Shown one piece after another: positions 1-9,695 of a stretch of 64,000 bases of DNA; position 1 is the stretch's first letter; the number at the start of each line of letters is the position of its first letter. The notes under the pieces were generated by a model, which did not search any database, had not been told where the DNA came from, and was given only the letters and a program-made list of their open reading frames with translations. The DNA is from Rhodothermales bacterium (GTDB taxonomy: Bacteria > Bacteroidota > Rhodothermia > Rhodothermales > JABDKH01), in assembly GCA_965224105.1 (NCBI GenBank), contig CBDCYH010000002.1, positions 900,150 through 964,149 of the forward strand, in the 5' to 3' direction. The position numbers were made by a program, and so were the translations under genes.

Positions 1-83
1 CCGGTAAACTCGGCCTGCGCTGTTGCCGTCCCCGCGTTGAGCCACGGTGACAGGATGATGAGTAAAAAGGTAAGGCGGGCCAT
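1..83 (-). CDS. 5'-partial secreted protein; only the N-terminal signal peptide lies in the window (MARLTFLLIILSPWLNAGTATAQA...). The gene continues leftward off the window.
   Basis: Reverse complement of positions 1-83 reads ATG followed by a typical signal peptide with an AQA cleavage site. Only about 27 codons are visible. Confidence 0.2.
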   Translation of the reverse strand, partial: MARLTFLLIILSPWLNAGTATAQAEFT

Positions 84-221
84 GGGAGCGTAGTTTGGGA
101 TTTCTGTAGACAACGGACAATCAACCCGACTGTTACAGCAGGTTGCTAATTTTTTAGCCGCAACCTACGTACAAGAACGGTCTTAGGCTGTTCCGCCGTA
201 CCGCCGAAGTGCCCTGCCCCC

Positions 222-959
222 TTAGAGCCTGATGAGAGAGTACTCGCGCCCATCGGGCGAGATGCGGAAAACCCGGTACCCGGCTTTCCGGAGCGCGTCG
301 ATGCTTCGGGCGGTTCGAGCGACCCCATCCTCGATAGCACCCGGGTGGTACTCCAGCAAAATCTGGTATACCTCCAGCCCCTCCCCAAGAATATCGTCAA
401 TGATTCCATACTCCGACCCTTCGACGTCCATCTTCAGCACATCGATGTGCAGATGATCCCGCTCGGCCATTAACGAAGAGACCCTCCGGACGGGCAGCGT
501 AAGCGTTTGTCGATCTTCCAGTATCGCCACCATCGAGTGCGACACGTGCTGTTCATTTTCCGGCGGGGAAAATGTCGCATCGCCATCAAAATGCGCAACG
601 CCGACTGCGCTGAAAATAAACTCTTGTGGTAGGTCCTGGCGCGAAACCCACGCAACCGATTCCGGGGTGGGGTCGAACGCAAAAACGGTGCATCCGAATT
701 CATTAATCAGCTCGAGATCAAACGAAACATCGCGCCCAACACCCAACGAGTACACGATTGAATCTGTCGAAAGCCCCTTTGGCGCAACGCAGTGCTCACC
801 GTAGTCCGAACCGAGCTGAAGGTAGGGAATGTTGAGATCCCTGCTCGCCCAAACCTCCCGCCCTGCCAGCTGTCTGCCGAGGCGTCGCACTCTTCGAACA
901 AACCAACGCAGTCGCGGCTCGACCGCACGCGCAACAAGTTTCAGATACGACCCGGACAT
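222..959 (-). CDS. FkbM-family SAM-dependent methyltransferase
   Basis: 245-aa ORF. It has the MDVEGSE(Y) motif and FGCTVFAFDP, which match the FkbM methyltransferase family. Confidence 0.7.
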   Translation of the reverse strand: MSGSYLKLVARAVEPRLRWFVRRVRRLGRQLAGREVWASRDLNIPYLQLGSDYGEHCVAPKGLSTDSIVYSLGVGRDVSFDLELINEFGCTVFAFDPTPESVAWVSRQDLPQEFIFSAVGVAHFDGDATFSPPENEQHVSHSMVAILEDRQTLTLPVRRVSSLMAERDHLHIDVLKMDVEGSEYGIIDDILGEGLEVYQILLEYHPGAIEDGVARTARSIDALRKAGYRVFRISPDGREYSLIRL

Positions 960-969
960 GCTACGCGTA

Positions 970-2100
970 TTATTCCCACGCAGAGTGATCTATGCCCGGA
1001 ATGATCCGTAGCGCGTTCTCGTAGTAGATGGCGCGCAAAACATCGTCGGGAAGACCCACTCCATAGATCTTCCAGTGTGCATGGCGTTTGCGGTAGTAGT
1101 CGAAGTAATCATCTTCTGTCTCGAGCACGCGGAAGTATACACGATACTCATCGACAGCCCACGAATCTTTTCCGAAGAGGATCCGATCCTTGTACTTAGT
1201 TAGCCACTCCTTTGCAAACCGCGGTTGCCGACCGATTTCTGCCACGACCGCTCCCATCTCGGCGTAGACGTTTGGCAATTCATCCAGGATTTTTCCTAGC
1301 GCTGGCAGATCGTTCGCCATCCATCCCATGTGGGCACTAATGAAGTTTGTCCCTGAATGTTTTCGGAAAACATTGTGCTGCTCGGCCATGATATCCGCCC
1401 ACGGAGGAAACTCACCCGGCCTGCGGATGCGTCGAGGACGTTCTTTTAGCTCAAACCACCTCTCGTTGAATCGATCGTGTGGATCCCAGAACGGCGCGGG
1501 GTCGGCCGTGTGAATCAAAACCGGTACCCCCATTTCACCACACAGCGCCCACACTGGATCTATCCGTTCGTCATCCACTCTTATTCTGTTCCCTTCGCTG
1601 TCAACCGCGCTCATGCCGAGATTCTTGTAAATCTTCAACCCTTGCGCACCATTCTCGATATCCGTTCTGAGTTGCCTCACCGTTCGCTCCGTCCAATCGT
1701 CGTCGTCGATCCCGGAAAAGTCCACGTTGGCGAAAACCACAAACCGATTCGGATATTTGCCTTTCATGTTGTCAACGGCAGCCTTGAGATCAGCACCGCG
1801 GCCGCCGCTCAGGTTAACCGCGACTGCCATATTCATCGCATCCATGTCCATGACGAGAGAATCCAGCCGTCCCTCGGAGTATCCCCCAGACCGCCAGTGA
1901 TGCGAGTGGACGTCGATGAATGGAAATTTGGATTTCTTCACCTCGCCGCCCGGTACAACTAGCGTCGACTTGGGTGCGTAGTCGTCCCAGTACATGCGCG
2001 GCTCTTGCGATCCCGTAAGACCTTCGTCCTGCGCATACGCAGCGGCGGGTGACAATGCGAATGTGGCAAACACAAGCGCAATAATATGTCGGACTCTCAT
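970..2100 (-). CDS. Secreted amidohydrolase-family metal-dependent hydrolase (TIM-barrel)
   Basis: 376 aa. N-terminal signal peptide (MRVRHIIALVFATFALSPAAAYAQ). HSHHW metal-binding His cluster near the N-terminus and HTADP/HMGW motifs typical of the amidohydrolase_2 fold. Confidence 0.7.
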   Translation of the reverse strand: MRVRHIIALVFATFALSPAAAYAQDEGLTGSQEPRMYWDDYAPKSTLVVPGGEVKKSKFPFIDVHSHHWRSGGYSEGRLDSLVMDMDAMNMAVAVNLSGGRGADLKAAVDNMKGKYPNRFVVFANVDFSGIDDDDWTERTVRQLRTDIENGAQGLKIYKNLGMSAVDSEGNRIRVDDERIDPVWALCGEMGVPVLIHTADPAPFWDPHDRFNERWFELKERPRRIRRPGEFPPWADIMAEQHNVFRKHSGTNFISAHMGWMANDLPALGKILDELPNVYAEMGAVVAEIGRQPRFAKEWLTKYKDRILFGKDSWAVDEYRVYFRVLETEDDYFDYYRKRHAHWKIYGVGLPDDVLRAIYYENALRIIPGIDHSAWE

Positions 2101-2170
2101 ACGAATGAGATTAAGTTGGAAAATTTCTTGAGGCCAAGATACGATGGTTGCGCTGAAGTACCGGGTTGGC

Positions 2171-2404
2171 TTATTCAGCTTTCAGGACTTCTTTCGCCAG
2201 TGTGTATGCCGCGATACCGAGAAATGCCCCGCTGTAGTAGCCGCCTATGACGGTGACTACGCGCAAACCCAGGGAAAGTGCAAGTTTTTGCGAAACGTAG
2301 GTGCCCATAACGCTTCCAGTAAGCCGGCCCATGACCTCGCTGGTCTGCTCCCAGTTGACGCCGTTCATGAAGTCAAAGGGTTGGGATTCCGTCTGATTTG
2401 CCAT
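2171..2404 (-). CDS. Small hydrophobic hypothetical protein (about 77 aa from the internal ATG)
   Basis: Open frame with a hydrophobic Gly-rich C-terminus (VVTVIGGYYSGAFLGIAAYTL). No recognisable family. Confidence 0.3.
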   Translation of the reverse strand: MANQTESQPFDFMNGVNWEQTSEVMGRLTGSVMGTYVSQKLALSLGLRVVTVIGGYYSGAFLGIAAYTLAKEVLKAE

Positions 2405-2586
2405 AAATAGAGTTGTCGCGATTCTGAATGCTCGTACGCGAATCATGTATCAAGGGTTGCAGATGGTGTGTATGCGCGCAGGAGACGAATCCGGCGCCGT
2501 TGAAACCCTCTTGCTGCTTATTGGATTTATTCCCGCGCATGGCAAAATAAATTAGCTTCCACGGAAAACACCCGATCGTTAACTCC

Positions 2587-2994
2587 ATGCCTATCCCGAA
2601 AGAAATTGAAGAATACGTGGCCGAAAAGTTCGTTCGTTCGTCGGGTCCTGGCGGTCAGCATGCGAACAAAGTATCCACAGGTGTCCGATTGGAGTTTGAT
2701 ATTGACGCGTGCCCAATCTTTGCAGACGATGTGCGTTCACGTCTGATTACTCTTGCGGGAAAGCGGTACGGTTCTGATGGCTCGATTGTAATAACATCGA
2801 CCCAGCATCGGAGCCAAAAGAAAAACCGGCGGGAGGTTCGACGCCGACTGGCGGACCTTATCGAGACTGCTCAAAAGAAGCCAAAGCTCCGAAAAAAAAC
2901 CCGCCGAACGTTAGCGTCCAAAGAGCGACGGCTGATTTCCAAAAAGCGACGCAGCGAAACCAAATTGATGCGCAGAAAACCCCCGATTGAATAA
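2587..2994 (+). CDS. arfB: Alternative ribosome-rescue factor ArfB (peptidyl-tRNA hydrolase, YaeJ family)
   Basis: 135 aa. GGQ motif in SGPGGQHANK. Lys/Arg-rich C-terminal tail typical of ArfB. Confidence 0.85.
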   Translation: MPIPKEIEEYVAEKFVRSSGPGGQHANKVSTGVRLEFDIDACPIFADDVRSRLITLAGKRYGSDGSIVITSTQHRSQKKNRREVRRRLADLIETAQKKPKLRKKTRRTLASKERRLISKKRRSETKLMRRKPPIE

Positions 2995-3006
2995 AATCTA
3001 CCACCG

Positions 3007-3486
3007 ATGTCCACCCTCAGAAAAATTGTAGTGCCCCTTGTGATGTTCGGAATAATCGGCATCCAACTGGTCTACACCGTAGCCAAACTACCCGAAGCCT
3101 GGCCGTTCTCAAACTATCCCATGTTCAGCAAAGCAAATGCGCGGACCACTGCAACTAACTATCCGCTTCAAGGAGTAACATCAGACGGACAAACTTTTGA
3201 GATATCGACGCGGAAGCACCTCGAACCGTTCAACGTCGCAAAGTTGCGCATTGGACTTGGTGGTCTTGTGCGGATCCCTGATTCTACGCGCAGGTCCGAG
3301 TCAATAGCGAATGCCCTTGCTTATCTCGACCAGGTCTACGAACGCAATCGCCTGGCTGGGCGGCACGATGGCCCCGCGATTACAGAGCTGCGCTTGTTCC
3401 GGCAATCATTCGACTGGACGAGCACCCCCATCCCCGATGTGGAGCCCACAAACGAGTTCCTGCAATCCTACAGGATTGGGAGGTAA
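3007..3486 (+). CDS. Hypothetical membrane-anchored protein, partner of the downstream HTTM protein
   Basis: 159 aa. N-terminal TM helix. A 2-bp gap to the next ORF suggests translational coupling. Confidence 0.45.
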   Translation: MSTLRKIVVPLVMFGIIGIQLVYTVAKLPEAWPFSNYPMFSKANARTTATNYPLQGVTSDGQTFEISTRKHLEPFNVAKLRIGLGGLVRIPDSTRRSESIANALAYLDQVYERNRLAGRHDGPAITELRLFRQSFDWTSTPIPDVEPTNEFLQSYRIGR

Positions 3487-3488
3487 CG

Positions 3489-4385
3489 ATGACCACGTTC
3501 AGGACAACCCTTTACGATTTCTTTTTCGCCAGCCAGAGTCCGATTGATCTCGGCCTCGGTCGACTTATTTTCCTGTCGATAATTTTCCTCTTGTATGCAG
3601 GCCAGGCATTCCCAAACTTCGGTGCCGTGCCGCCAGAGTTTTGGGAGCCCATCGCACTGTTTAAGTACCTGCCCATCCCGGTTCTCGACGGGCCGGTGTT
3701 GAAAATAGTATGGTATGCCTTCCTTGTGGGCCTCCTCTTTTCGGCCATCGGTTTGTTTACCCGCCCGGCTTTGTTGGTCACGCTGGTCTCAGGCGCATAC
3801 GTCCTGGGCTTTTCCAACAGCGTTGTTACGGCACAACATTTTGAGAGTCTGATGCTGCTTGCCATCGCAGCCCTGGCATTCTCACACTGCGGCGACGCAT
3901 ACTCCGTCGACAGTCTGCTCTTCCGGAATCGCGGCGATCTAATTTCGAAAAGACAATATCTGGGCGAGTATCGTTGGCCTATCCGAACCATCTGGGTGTT
4001 GTTCACCTTGGCCATGTGCGCGGCCGGTATATCCAAACTCCGAACGAGCGGACTCGGTTGGATATCTGAGGAGTATCTATCGTCGCTGATTGTGACCTAC
4101 AGCTTCATCGGAAATCGGGGAACGCCGCTGAGCCCCGAACTGTCGCTTTGGGTAGCCAACAAGCCAGCCCTCATGTATTTCATGGCCATCGGGACGTTGT
4201 TACTCGAGACATTCGCCCCACTCGCCTTGTTCTTCAAGCGCATCAGGTGGGTTATCGTGCTCGGTCTCTTGGCAATGCAATCAGGCATTTGGGCATTCAT
4301 GGGTATTCCCTTCCCGCAGATGATGGCGGTATATCTTTTCTGGGTTCCGTGGTCGCGATTGCTCAAGAAAGATCAGCCCTCGTAG
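3489..4385 (+). CDS. HTTM-domain (vitamin-K-dependent gamma-carboxylase-like) polytopic membrane protein
   Basis: 298 aa with multiple TM segments. The N-terminal LGxGRLIFLSIIFLLY...TRPALLVTL pattern resembles the HTTM domain. Confidence 0.5.
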   Translation: MTTFRTTLYDFFFASQSPIDLGLGRLIFLSIIFLLYAGQAFPNFGAVPPEFWEPIALFKYLPIPVLDGPVLKIVWYAFLVGLLFSAIGLFTRPALLVTLVSGAYVLGFSNSVVTAQHFESLMLLAIAALAFSHCGDAYSVDSLLFRNRGDLISKRQYLGEYRWPIRTIWVLFTLAMCAAGISKLRTSGLGWISEEYLSSLIVTYSFIGNRGTPLSPELSLWVANKPALMYFMAIGTLLLETFAPLALFFKRIRWVIVLGLLAMQSGIWAFMGIPFPQMMAVYLFWVPWSRLLKKDQPS

Positions 4386-4421
4386 TTCCAGCCCGGGAGA
4401 ACCGTTGCGCCGAATCCTCGT

Positions 4422-6491
4422 TTGTCTGCTCTTATCGCGCAGCAGAATATGACAGACTTCAAGCTCGAGGCCGAATTCACACCGACGGGTGATCAACCCA
4501 GCGCCATCGCAGAGTTGGTGGAGGGTCTGCAGAGGGGCGACAAACATCAAACACTCCTTGGTGCAACCGGTACCGGAAAAACCTTCACGATAAGCAACGT
4601 AATCAAGGAGATCGGAAAGCCTACACTGGTGATGAGTCACAACAAGACGTTGGCGGCTCAACTGTACGGCGAGTTCAAAGCGTTCTTTCCCGACAACGCA
4701 GTCGAGTTCTTTATCTCCTACTACGATTACTACCAACCCGAAGCGTACATCGTCCATTCGGATACGTACATCGAAAAGGATTTGAGCATCAACGATCGGA
4801 TCGACCGGCTGCGATTACGCACCACAAGCTCATTGATATCCGGAAGAAAAGATGTGATCGTGGTCGCGAGCGTCTCGTGCATCTACGGACTGGGTTCTCC
4901 TGATGATTACAAGTCACGGCTGGTGCAGGTGTACAAAGGCCAGGAAATTGAAAGGAATAAACTGCTACACGACCTCATCGCGGTTTACTACCGGAGGAAC
5001 GATATTGATTTCGCTCCCGGGGCATTTCGTGTTCGGGGCGACACGGTCGAGGTGTTTCCGGCTTACATGGAAGAAACCGCCTATCGGATTACGTTCTGGG
5101 GCGATGAGGTTGAAGAAATTTCGGTCTTTGAGCCTATCTCCGGTAAGAAGATTAGTAGTGAAGCCCGGGTTACAATTTTCCCCGCCAAGATTTTTGTCAC
5201 TCCGAAGGATGAGATGAAACGGGCGATAGGCTCGATCAAGGAGGAGCTGGATTGGCGGCTGGCGCACATGCGGTTGAACGAAATGATGCTCGAGGCGCAG
5301 CGTCTGGAGCAGCGGACTAATTTTGATATCGAGATGATGTCGGAAGTGGGATACTGTTCTGGTATCGAGAACTATTCGCGACACATGGACAATCGCGAGC
5401 CAGGCGAAAGGCCGTATTGTTTGTTTGATTACTTCCCCGAAGATTTCCTGCTGGTCATCGACGAGAGTCACGTGACCACTCCCCAGATCCGCGCCATGTA
5501 CAACGGTGATCGCGCGCGAAAACTGGTCCTGGTGGAGCACGGTTTCCGGTTGCCTTCCGCGCTCGACAATCGTCCGATGACGTTCGAAGAGTTTGAGTCG
5601 AAGACTAATCAGGTCATCTATGTCAGTGCTACTCCCGGTGATTATGAGTTGGAGAAATGCAGCGGTGTTTTTGTCGAGCAGGTGATCCGACCAACGGGGA
5701 TCCCTGACCCACCCGTACACATCCGACCTTCAGAGAATCAGATAGATGATTTGCTCGAGGAGATCCGGCTGACAATAGAGCGCGGAGAACGCGTACTCGT
5801 TACGACGCTAACCAAGCGGATGTCGGAAGATCTTGCCGATTACCTGGATTCCTACAGCATAAACGTGCGTTACTTGCATTCGGATATTGACGCTTTGGAG
5901 AGGGTGGAGATCTTGCGCGACTTGCGCCTCGGTGTCTTCGATGTGCTGGTAGGCGTTAACCTGCTGCGAGAAGGGTTGGACCTGCCCGAAGTGTCGCTGG
6001 TTGCGATTCTTGATGCCGACAAGGAAGGCTTTCTGCGTAGCGATCGTTCGCTTATTCAAACGGCGGGGCGCGCAGCACGAAACGTAAACAGCAGGATAGT
6101 GATGTACGCAGACAAGATAACCGGGTCCATGCAGCGAATGATCGAAGAAACCGAACGCCGACGTGAGATTCAGTTTGCGTATAACGAAGAACATGGGATC
6201 GTGCCGCGGTCGGTTAGCAAATCAAAGGATGAGATTCTCATGGGAACATCCCTCGTCGACGAAGAGCGCGAGGAGGGGTTTGCCGGAGTCGAGGTGTACG
6301 AACACCCTGAGCGCAGACCTGTAATTGCTGATCCGGTGGCGAGCTACCTCACTGACGAGCAGCGAAGCGATCTCATCGAGAATCTGCGAAAAGAGATGAT
6401 GGAGGCGAGCAAGAATCTCGAATATGAGCGTGCAGCGGAGTTGCGCGACAGCATTCTTCAGCTGGAAGCCTTCGGCGGGAAGAAAAATTGA
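4422..6491 (+). CDS. uvrB: Excinuclease ABC subunit B
   Basis: 689 aa. Walker A GATGTGKT. UvrB-type helicase motifs. C-terminal UVR domain ([16 protein letters not shown]). Confidence 0.97.
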   Translation: MSALIAQQNMTDFKLEAEFTPTGDQPSAIAELVEGLQRGDKHQTLLGATGTGKTFTISNVIKEIGKPTLVMSHNKTLAAQLYGEFKAFFPDNAVEFFISYYDYYQPEAYIVHSDTYIEKDLSINDRIDRLRLRTTSSLISGRKDVIVVASVSCIYGLGSPDDYKSRLVQVYKGQEIERNKLLHDLIAVYYRRNDIDFAPGAFRVRGDTVEVFPAYMEETAYRITFWGDEVEEISVFEPISGKKISSEARVTIFPAKIFVTPKDEMKRAIGSIKEELDWRLAHMRLNEMMLEAQRLEQRTNFDIEMMSEVGYCSGIENYSRHMDNREPGERPYCLFDYFPEDFLLVIDESHVTTPQIRAMYNGDRARKLVLVEHGFRLPSALDNRPMTFEEFESKTNQVIYVSATPGDYELEKCSGVFVEQVIRPTGIPDPPVHIRPSENQIDDLLEEIRLTIERGERVLVTTLTKRMSEDLADYLDSYSINVRYLHSDIDALERVEILRDLRLGVFDVLVGVNLLREGLDLPEVSLVAILDADKEGFLRSDRSLIQTAGRAARNVNSRIVMYADKITGSMQRMIEETERRREIQFAYNEEHGIVPRSVSKSKDEILMGTSLVDEEREEGFAGVEVYEHPERRPVIADPVASYLTDEQRSDLIENLRKEMMEASKNLEYERAAELRDSILQLEAFGGKKN

Positions 6492-6519
6492 AACAAACCC
6501 TGCTTCAGAGTATATTAGC
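6489..6519 (+). promoter_or_regulatory. Candidate Bacteroidota-type sigma-A promoter for rpmE (TTG-N20-TATATTAG, resembling the -33 TTG / -7 TAnnTTTG consensus)
   Basis: TTG at 6489-6491 and TATATTAG at 6512-6519, about 34 nt upstream of the rpmE ATG. Confidence 0.25.
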
Positions 6520-6552
6520 GGGCTAGCCAAATTCTCATCCCGAGTAAAGAGT

Positions 6553-6801
6553 ATGAAAAAAGGGATCCATCCAGATTACAAGGTTGTGGACGTCGTGCTG
6601 GCGGACGGAACGAAGGTAAAGATGCGCTCGACAATGGGCGTTGAGACGTATAACTCAGACGTCGACAGAACGAATCATCCGTTCTACACCGGCAAGCGGC
6701 AGTACGTTGACACCGCGGGCCGAGTTGAAAAATTTCGACGGCGATATGGCAAGAAGGGAGCGGACGACAGCGAGCAGGCAGCAGACGAAGAAAAATCCTA
6801 G
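6553..6801 (+). CDS. rpmE: 50S ribosomal protein L31
   Basis: MKKGIHPDYKVV... is the canonical L31 N-terminus. The true start is the internal ATG at 6553 of the listed ORF. Confidence 0.93.
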   Translation: MKKGIHPDYKVVDVVLADGTKVKMRSTMGVETYNSDVDRTNHPFYTGKRQYVDTAGRVEKFRRRYGKKGADDSEQAADEEKS

Positions 6802-6820
6802 AGCGTTCGTCTCGGATTTC

Positions 6821-6852
6821 AAAGGCGGTCCATTGCGGGTCGCCTTTTTTAT
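6821..6852 (+). terminator. Rho-independent terminator after rpmE
   Basis: AAAGGCG ... CGCCTTT stem followed by TTTTTTATTTT. Confidence 0.5.
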
Positions 6853-6921
6853 TTTACGACATTGCCAGACGCTCATGATGGACCGCGACGCGTCGACAAA
6901 AGGGTCAGCCACACTAAATAG

Positions 6922-8259
6922 ATGAACGTAGTCGAACTGATAATCACAAAGCGGGATGGAAATCCCGTTGAGCCGCACGACATCAGGCGGTTGGTGGACG
7001 ACTATACAGCAGGCAAGATTCCCGACTATCAGATGAGTGCATTTTTGATGGCATCTTTTCTACGCGGGATGAATGACGCCGAAGCAGGTGCTTTGGCAGA
7101 CGCCATGATTCGCTCCGGCGACATCCTGGATCTGTCCGCAACGCCTGGGCGCAAGGTTGACAAACACTCCACTGGCGGGGTCGGCGATAAAATTTCGCTG
7201 ATCCTCGCTCCTCTTGTTGCCAGCTGCGGGGTGCCCGTGCCAATGATTTCCGGGAGGGGCCTTGGACATAGCGGCGGGACGCTCGACAAGCTGGAGAGTA
7301 TCCCGGGCTTCAACACCTCGCTGAGCATTGACCAGTACAAGCAGCAGCTTGAAAAACTCGGAGTGGTGATGATCGGCCAGACAGACGAAATTGCGCCCGC
7401 CGATAAAAAGCTTTATGCGTTACGCGATGTTACCGGGACGGTTGAGTTTATTCCGTTCATTGCGGCGTCAATAATGAGCAAGAAGATTGCTGAGGGCATC
7501 GATGCTCTTGTGTTGGATGTGAAGTGTGGCAATGGCGCGTTCATGAAATCGGAAACGGACGCCCGGAGGTTGGCGGAAACCCTTGCGGCCGTTGGGAAGC
7601 GGTTCGACAAAGATGTGGTAGCATTGCTTACGGACATGAACGCCCCAATCGGATACGGAATTGGAAACTGGCCCGAAGTCCTGGAGTGCCTCGACTGCCT
7701 GCAGGGCGCGACTGTCCCTGACACGATGGAGTTGGTATATGCGCTAGCCGCGGAGATGCTGGTTCTGGGCGGGGCCTACACCAGCCTCACCGAAGCAGCT
7801 GCAGCCGCGCGGGCGTCGGTGGCAAGCGGTTCAGCCATGGAGAAACTGTCGGAGCTGGTGGCGGAGCAGGGAGGGGATGTGCGCCTGGTTGAGTCGCCGC
7901 GACCGCGGAAAGGCTTTGAGCCAGCGATGGAGGTGTTAGCTCCGCCGAGTTGGGAAGGATTCGTTGCTGGCATTGATGCGCTGGCGCTTGGCTACCTCTC
8001 CGTTGATCTGGGCGCCGGACGCAGGCAAAAAGAGGACCTCGTCGATCCACTGGCTGGGATAGTCCTACTGAAGAAAGTCGGTGATCCTGTGCAACCCGGA
8101 GAACCAGTGGCCCGTCTATACACCAAACGACACGATGAGCTACGCATCCACGAGGGGACCGTCCACAACGCATTTTCACTTTCCGCTACTCCCCCCGCAG
8201 TGTCCGGTCGCATTATCGATCGCCTGGAATCAGGTGTGTGGGACTCAGGTGCGCACTAA
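6922..8259 (+). CDS. deoA: Thymidine / pyrimidine-nucleoside phosphorylase
   Basis: 445 aa. HSTGGVGDK phosphate-binding motif. Glycosyl-transferase family 3 N-terminus. PYNP C-terminal domain. Confidence 0.9.
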   Translation: MNVVELIITKRDGNPVEPHDIRRLVDDYTAGKIPDYQMSAFLMASFLRGMNDAEAGALADAMIRSGDILDLSATPGRKVDKHSTGGVGDKISLILAPLVASCGVPVPMISGRGLGHSGGTLDKLESIPGFNTSLSIDQYKQQLEKLGVVMIGQTDEIAPADKKLYALRDVTGTVEFIPFIAASIMSKKIAEGIDALVLDVKCGNGAFMKSETDARRLAETLAAVGKRFDKDVVALLTDMNAPIGYGIGNWPEVLECLDCLQGATVPDTMELVYALAAEMLVLGGAYTSLTEAAAAARASVASGSAMEKLSELVAEQGGDVRLVESPRPRKGFEPAMEVLAPPSWEGFVAGIDALALGYLSVDLGAGRRQKEDLVDPLAGIVLLKKVGDPVQPGEPVARLYTKRHDELRIHEGTVHNAFSLSATPPAVSGRIIDRLESGVWDSGAH

Positions 8260-8347
8260 TTCGGGATCGACATCCATTTTCTGAATCCATTGGGCGACTT
8301 TGTTGTTATATTTAGTCTGCCCACGTTAAATAATTGAGGAGCTAACC

Positions 8348-9115
8348 ATGTCTGTGTTTTCAAGATTCAAGCGATGGCTTAAATCTATCTTTGGGGGAGC
8401 CATTTCGGCTCTTGAGGATCCGCGTCTAATACTTGAGCAGAATATTCGCGAGTTGAACGACCAGGTCCCGAAGATGAACGAAAACATCGCGACGGTGAAG
8501 GCCAACGTGATGCTCCTGCAGAAGGAAAATCGAAAGTACGAGCGGGAGATGGCAGACCTGACCGCGAAGATCCGCGCAGGCATTCAGGCGGGACGAGATG
8601 ATATCGCCGAGCAGTACGCACTCCGACTTGAGCAGGTGAAGGAAGCGATGAGCCGCACCAAAGAGCAGTTGCAGTATGCGACGGCCGCATACGATAAGTC
8701 GCTACAGGTGAAAAAAGCATTCATGCGCGAGAAGGAGCGGAAGATCGCGGAAGCCAAAGAAGCGCTCCGCGCGCACGACAGGGCCAAATGGCAGGCGAAA
8801 ATTGCGGACACGCTCGAGCAATTCGAAGTGGCTGGCGTTGACCAGACACACGACGAGATGATAACCAAGATTAACGAGCAAACAGCCAAAAGTGAGGCTC
8901 GGATGGAATTGGCTCTCGACTCCATCGACTCAGAAGCGATCCAGATTGAAGAGGATGCGCAGTCTATCCGGGCGAAAGAACTCGTCAAGCAGTTCAAGCT
9001 GGATATGGGCATGAGCACAGAGAGCGAAGGATCAGCAAAAATTGATTTGCCTGATGGCACCGAGCGCGAGTCTGGACAGAAGACAATTGGCAAGCAGAGA
9101 ACCCAGACCGACTAG
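8348..9115 (+). CDS. pspA: PspA/IM30 (phage-shock protein A / Vipp1) family coiled-coil protein
   Basis: MSVFSRFKRWLKSIFGGAISALEDPRLILEQNIRELNDQ matches the PspA N-terminus (MGIFSRF...AEDP). AGGA RBS 8 nt upstream. Confidence 0.85.
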   Translation: MSVFSRFKRWLKSIFGGAISALEDPRLILEQNIRELNDQVPKMNENIATVKANVMLLQKENRKYEREMADLTAKIRAGIQAGRDDIAEQYALRLEQVKEAMSRTKEQLQYATAAYDKSLQVKKAFMREKERKIAEAKEALRAHDRAKWQAKIADTLEQFEVAGVDQTHDEMITKINEQTAKSEARMELALDSIDSEAIQIEEDAQSIRAKELVKQFKLDMGMSTESEGSAKIDLPDGTERESGQKTIGKQRTQTD

Positions 9116-9126
9116 TTCAACCAGCC

Positions 9127-9681
9127 ATGACACCTGAAGAATTTGAGAAACTGAAAGAGGCGGAAAAGGAGCACCTCCGCTCGTTGCGGCGTCTCAAGAA
9201 GCTGGCCCGCGAGGTTGAGCGCAAGAAAAAACTTGCCGATGCCGTTAGCGGCATGACCGACGAGAAGACTAAGCTTTTTGATGAAAACGATCAGCTCATT
9301 GAAAAGCTGACATACGAGTCGGCACATCAGGAAGCACGAATGGAGTTGGCGATGGAGGCCGCTGCCGACGAGCTGGCGAAGTCGCCGGAAAATCCTCCCA
9401 GCGCAGAACTCGAAGAAGAGGTTCGTAAAGCGCGCGCCAAACTGCTTGTCGAAAGCATGAAGACGCAGATCGGAACGCCAACTGAATCTCGCGGCGATTC
9501 CACCGATACATCCGAAACAGAAGACAGCACTCCGACTGAAAAGGTCACCAAGACTATTGGTCGAATCGAATTGACTTCGGATGAAGCGCAGATAAGTGAC
9601 CCTGAGTCAGCCGAAGAGCCGTCGGCTGAAGAATCCCCCATGCCTGAAAAGACGATCGGACGAGTTAAGCGCAAGAAGTAA
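9127..9681 (+). CDS. Coiled-coil protein resembling the C-terminal half of PspA (paralogous fragment)
   Basis: 184 aa. Shares ARMELA...KTIG tail motifs with the C-terminus of the upstream PspA. 11-nt gap from the pspA stop. Confidence 0.5.
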   Translation: MTPEEFEKLKEAEKEHLRSLRRLKKLAREVERKKKLADAVSGMTDEKTKLFDENDQLIEKLTYESAHQEARMELAMEAAADELAKSPENPPSAELEEEVRKARAKLLVESMKTQIGTPTESRGDSTDTSETEDSTPTEKVTKTIGRIELTSDEAQISDPESAEEPSAEESPMPEKTIGRVKRKK

Positions 9682-9695
9682 CAGGCGAAAGCTGC

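Noticed and set aside
7787-8179. 130-aa and other minus-strand ORFs inside the thymidine phosphorylase gene
   Set aside because: They are antisense to a gene with canonical motifs. They are Pro/Arg-rich, which is typical of GC-rich antisense frames.
8584-9093. 169-aa minus-strand ORF inside pspA
   Set aside because: It is antisense to a strongly supported PspA gene and has no motifs.
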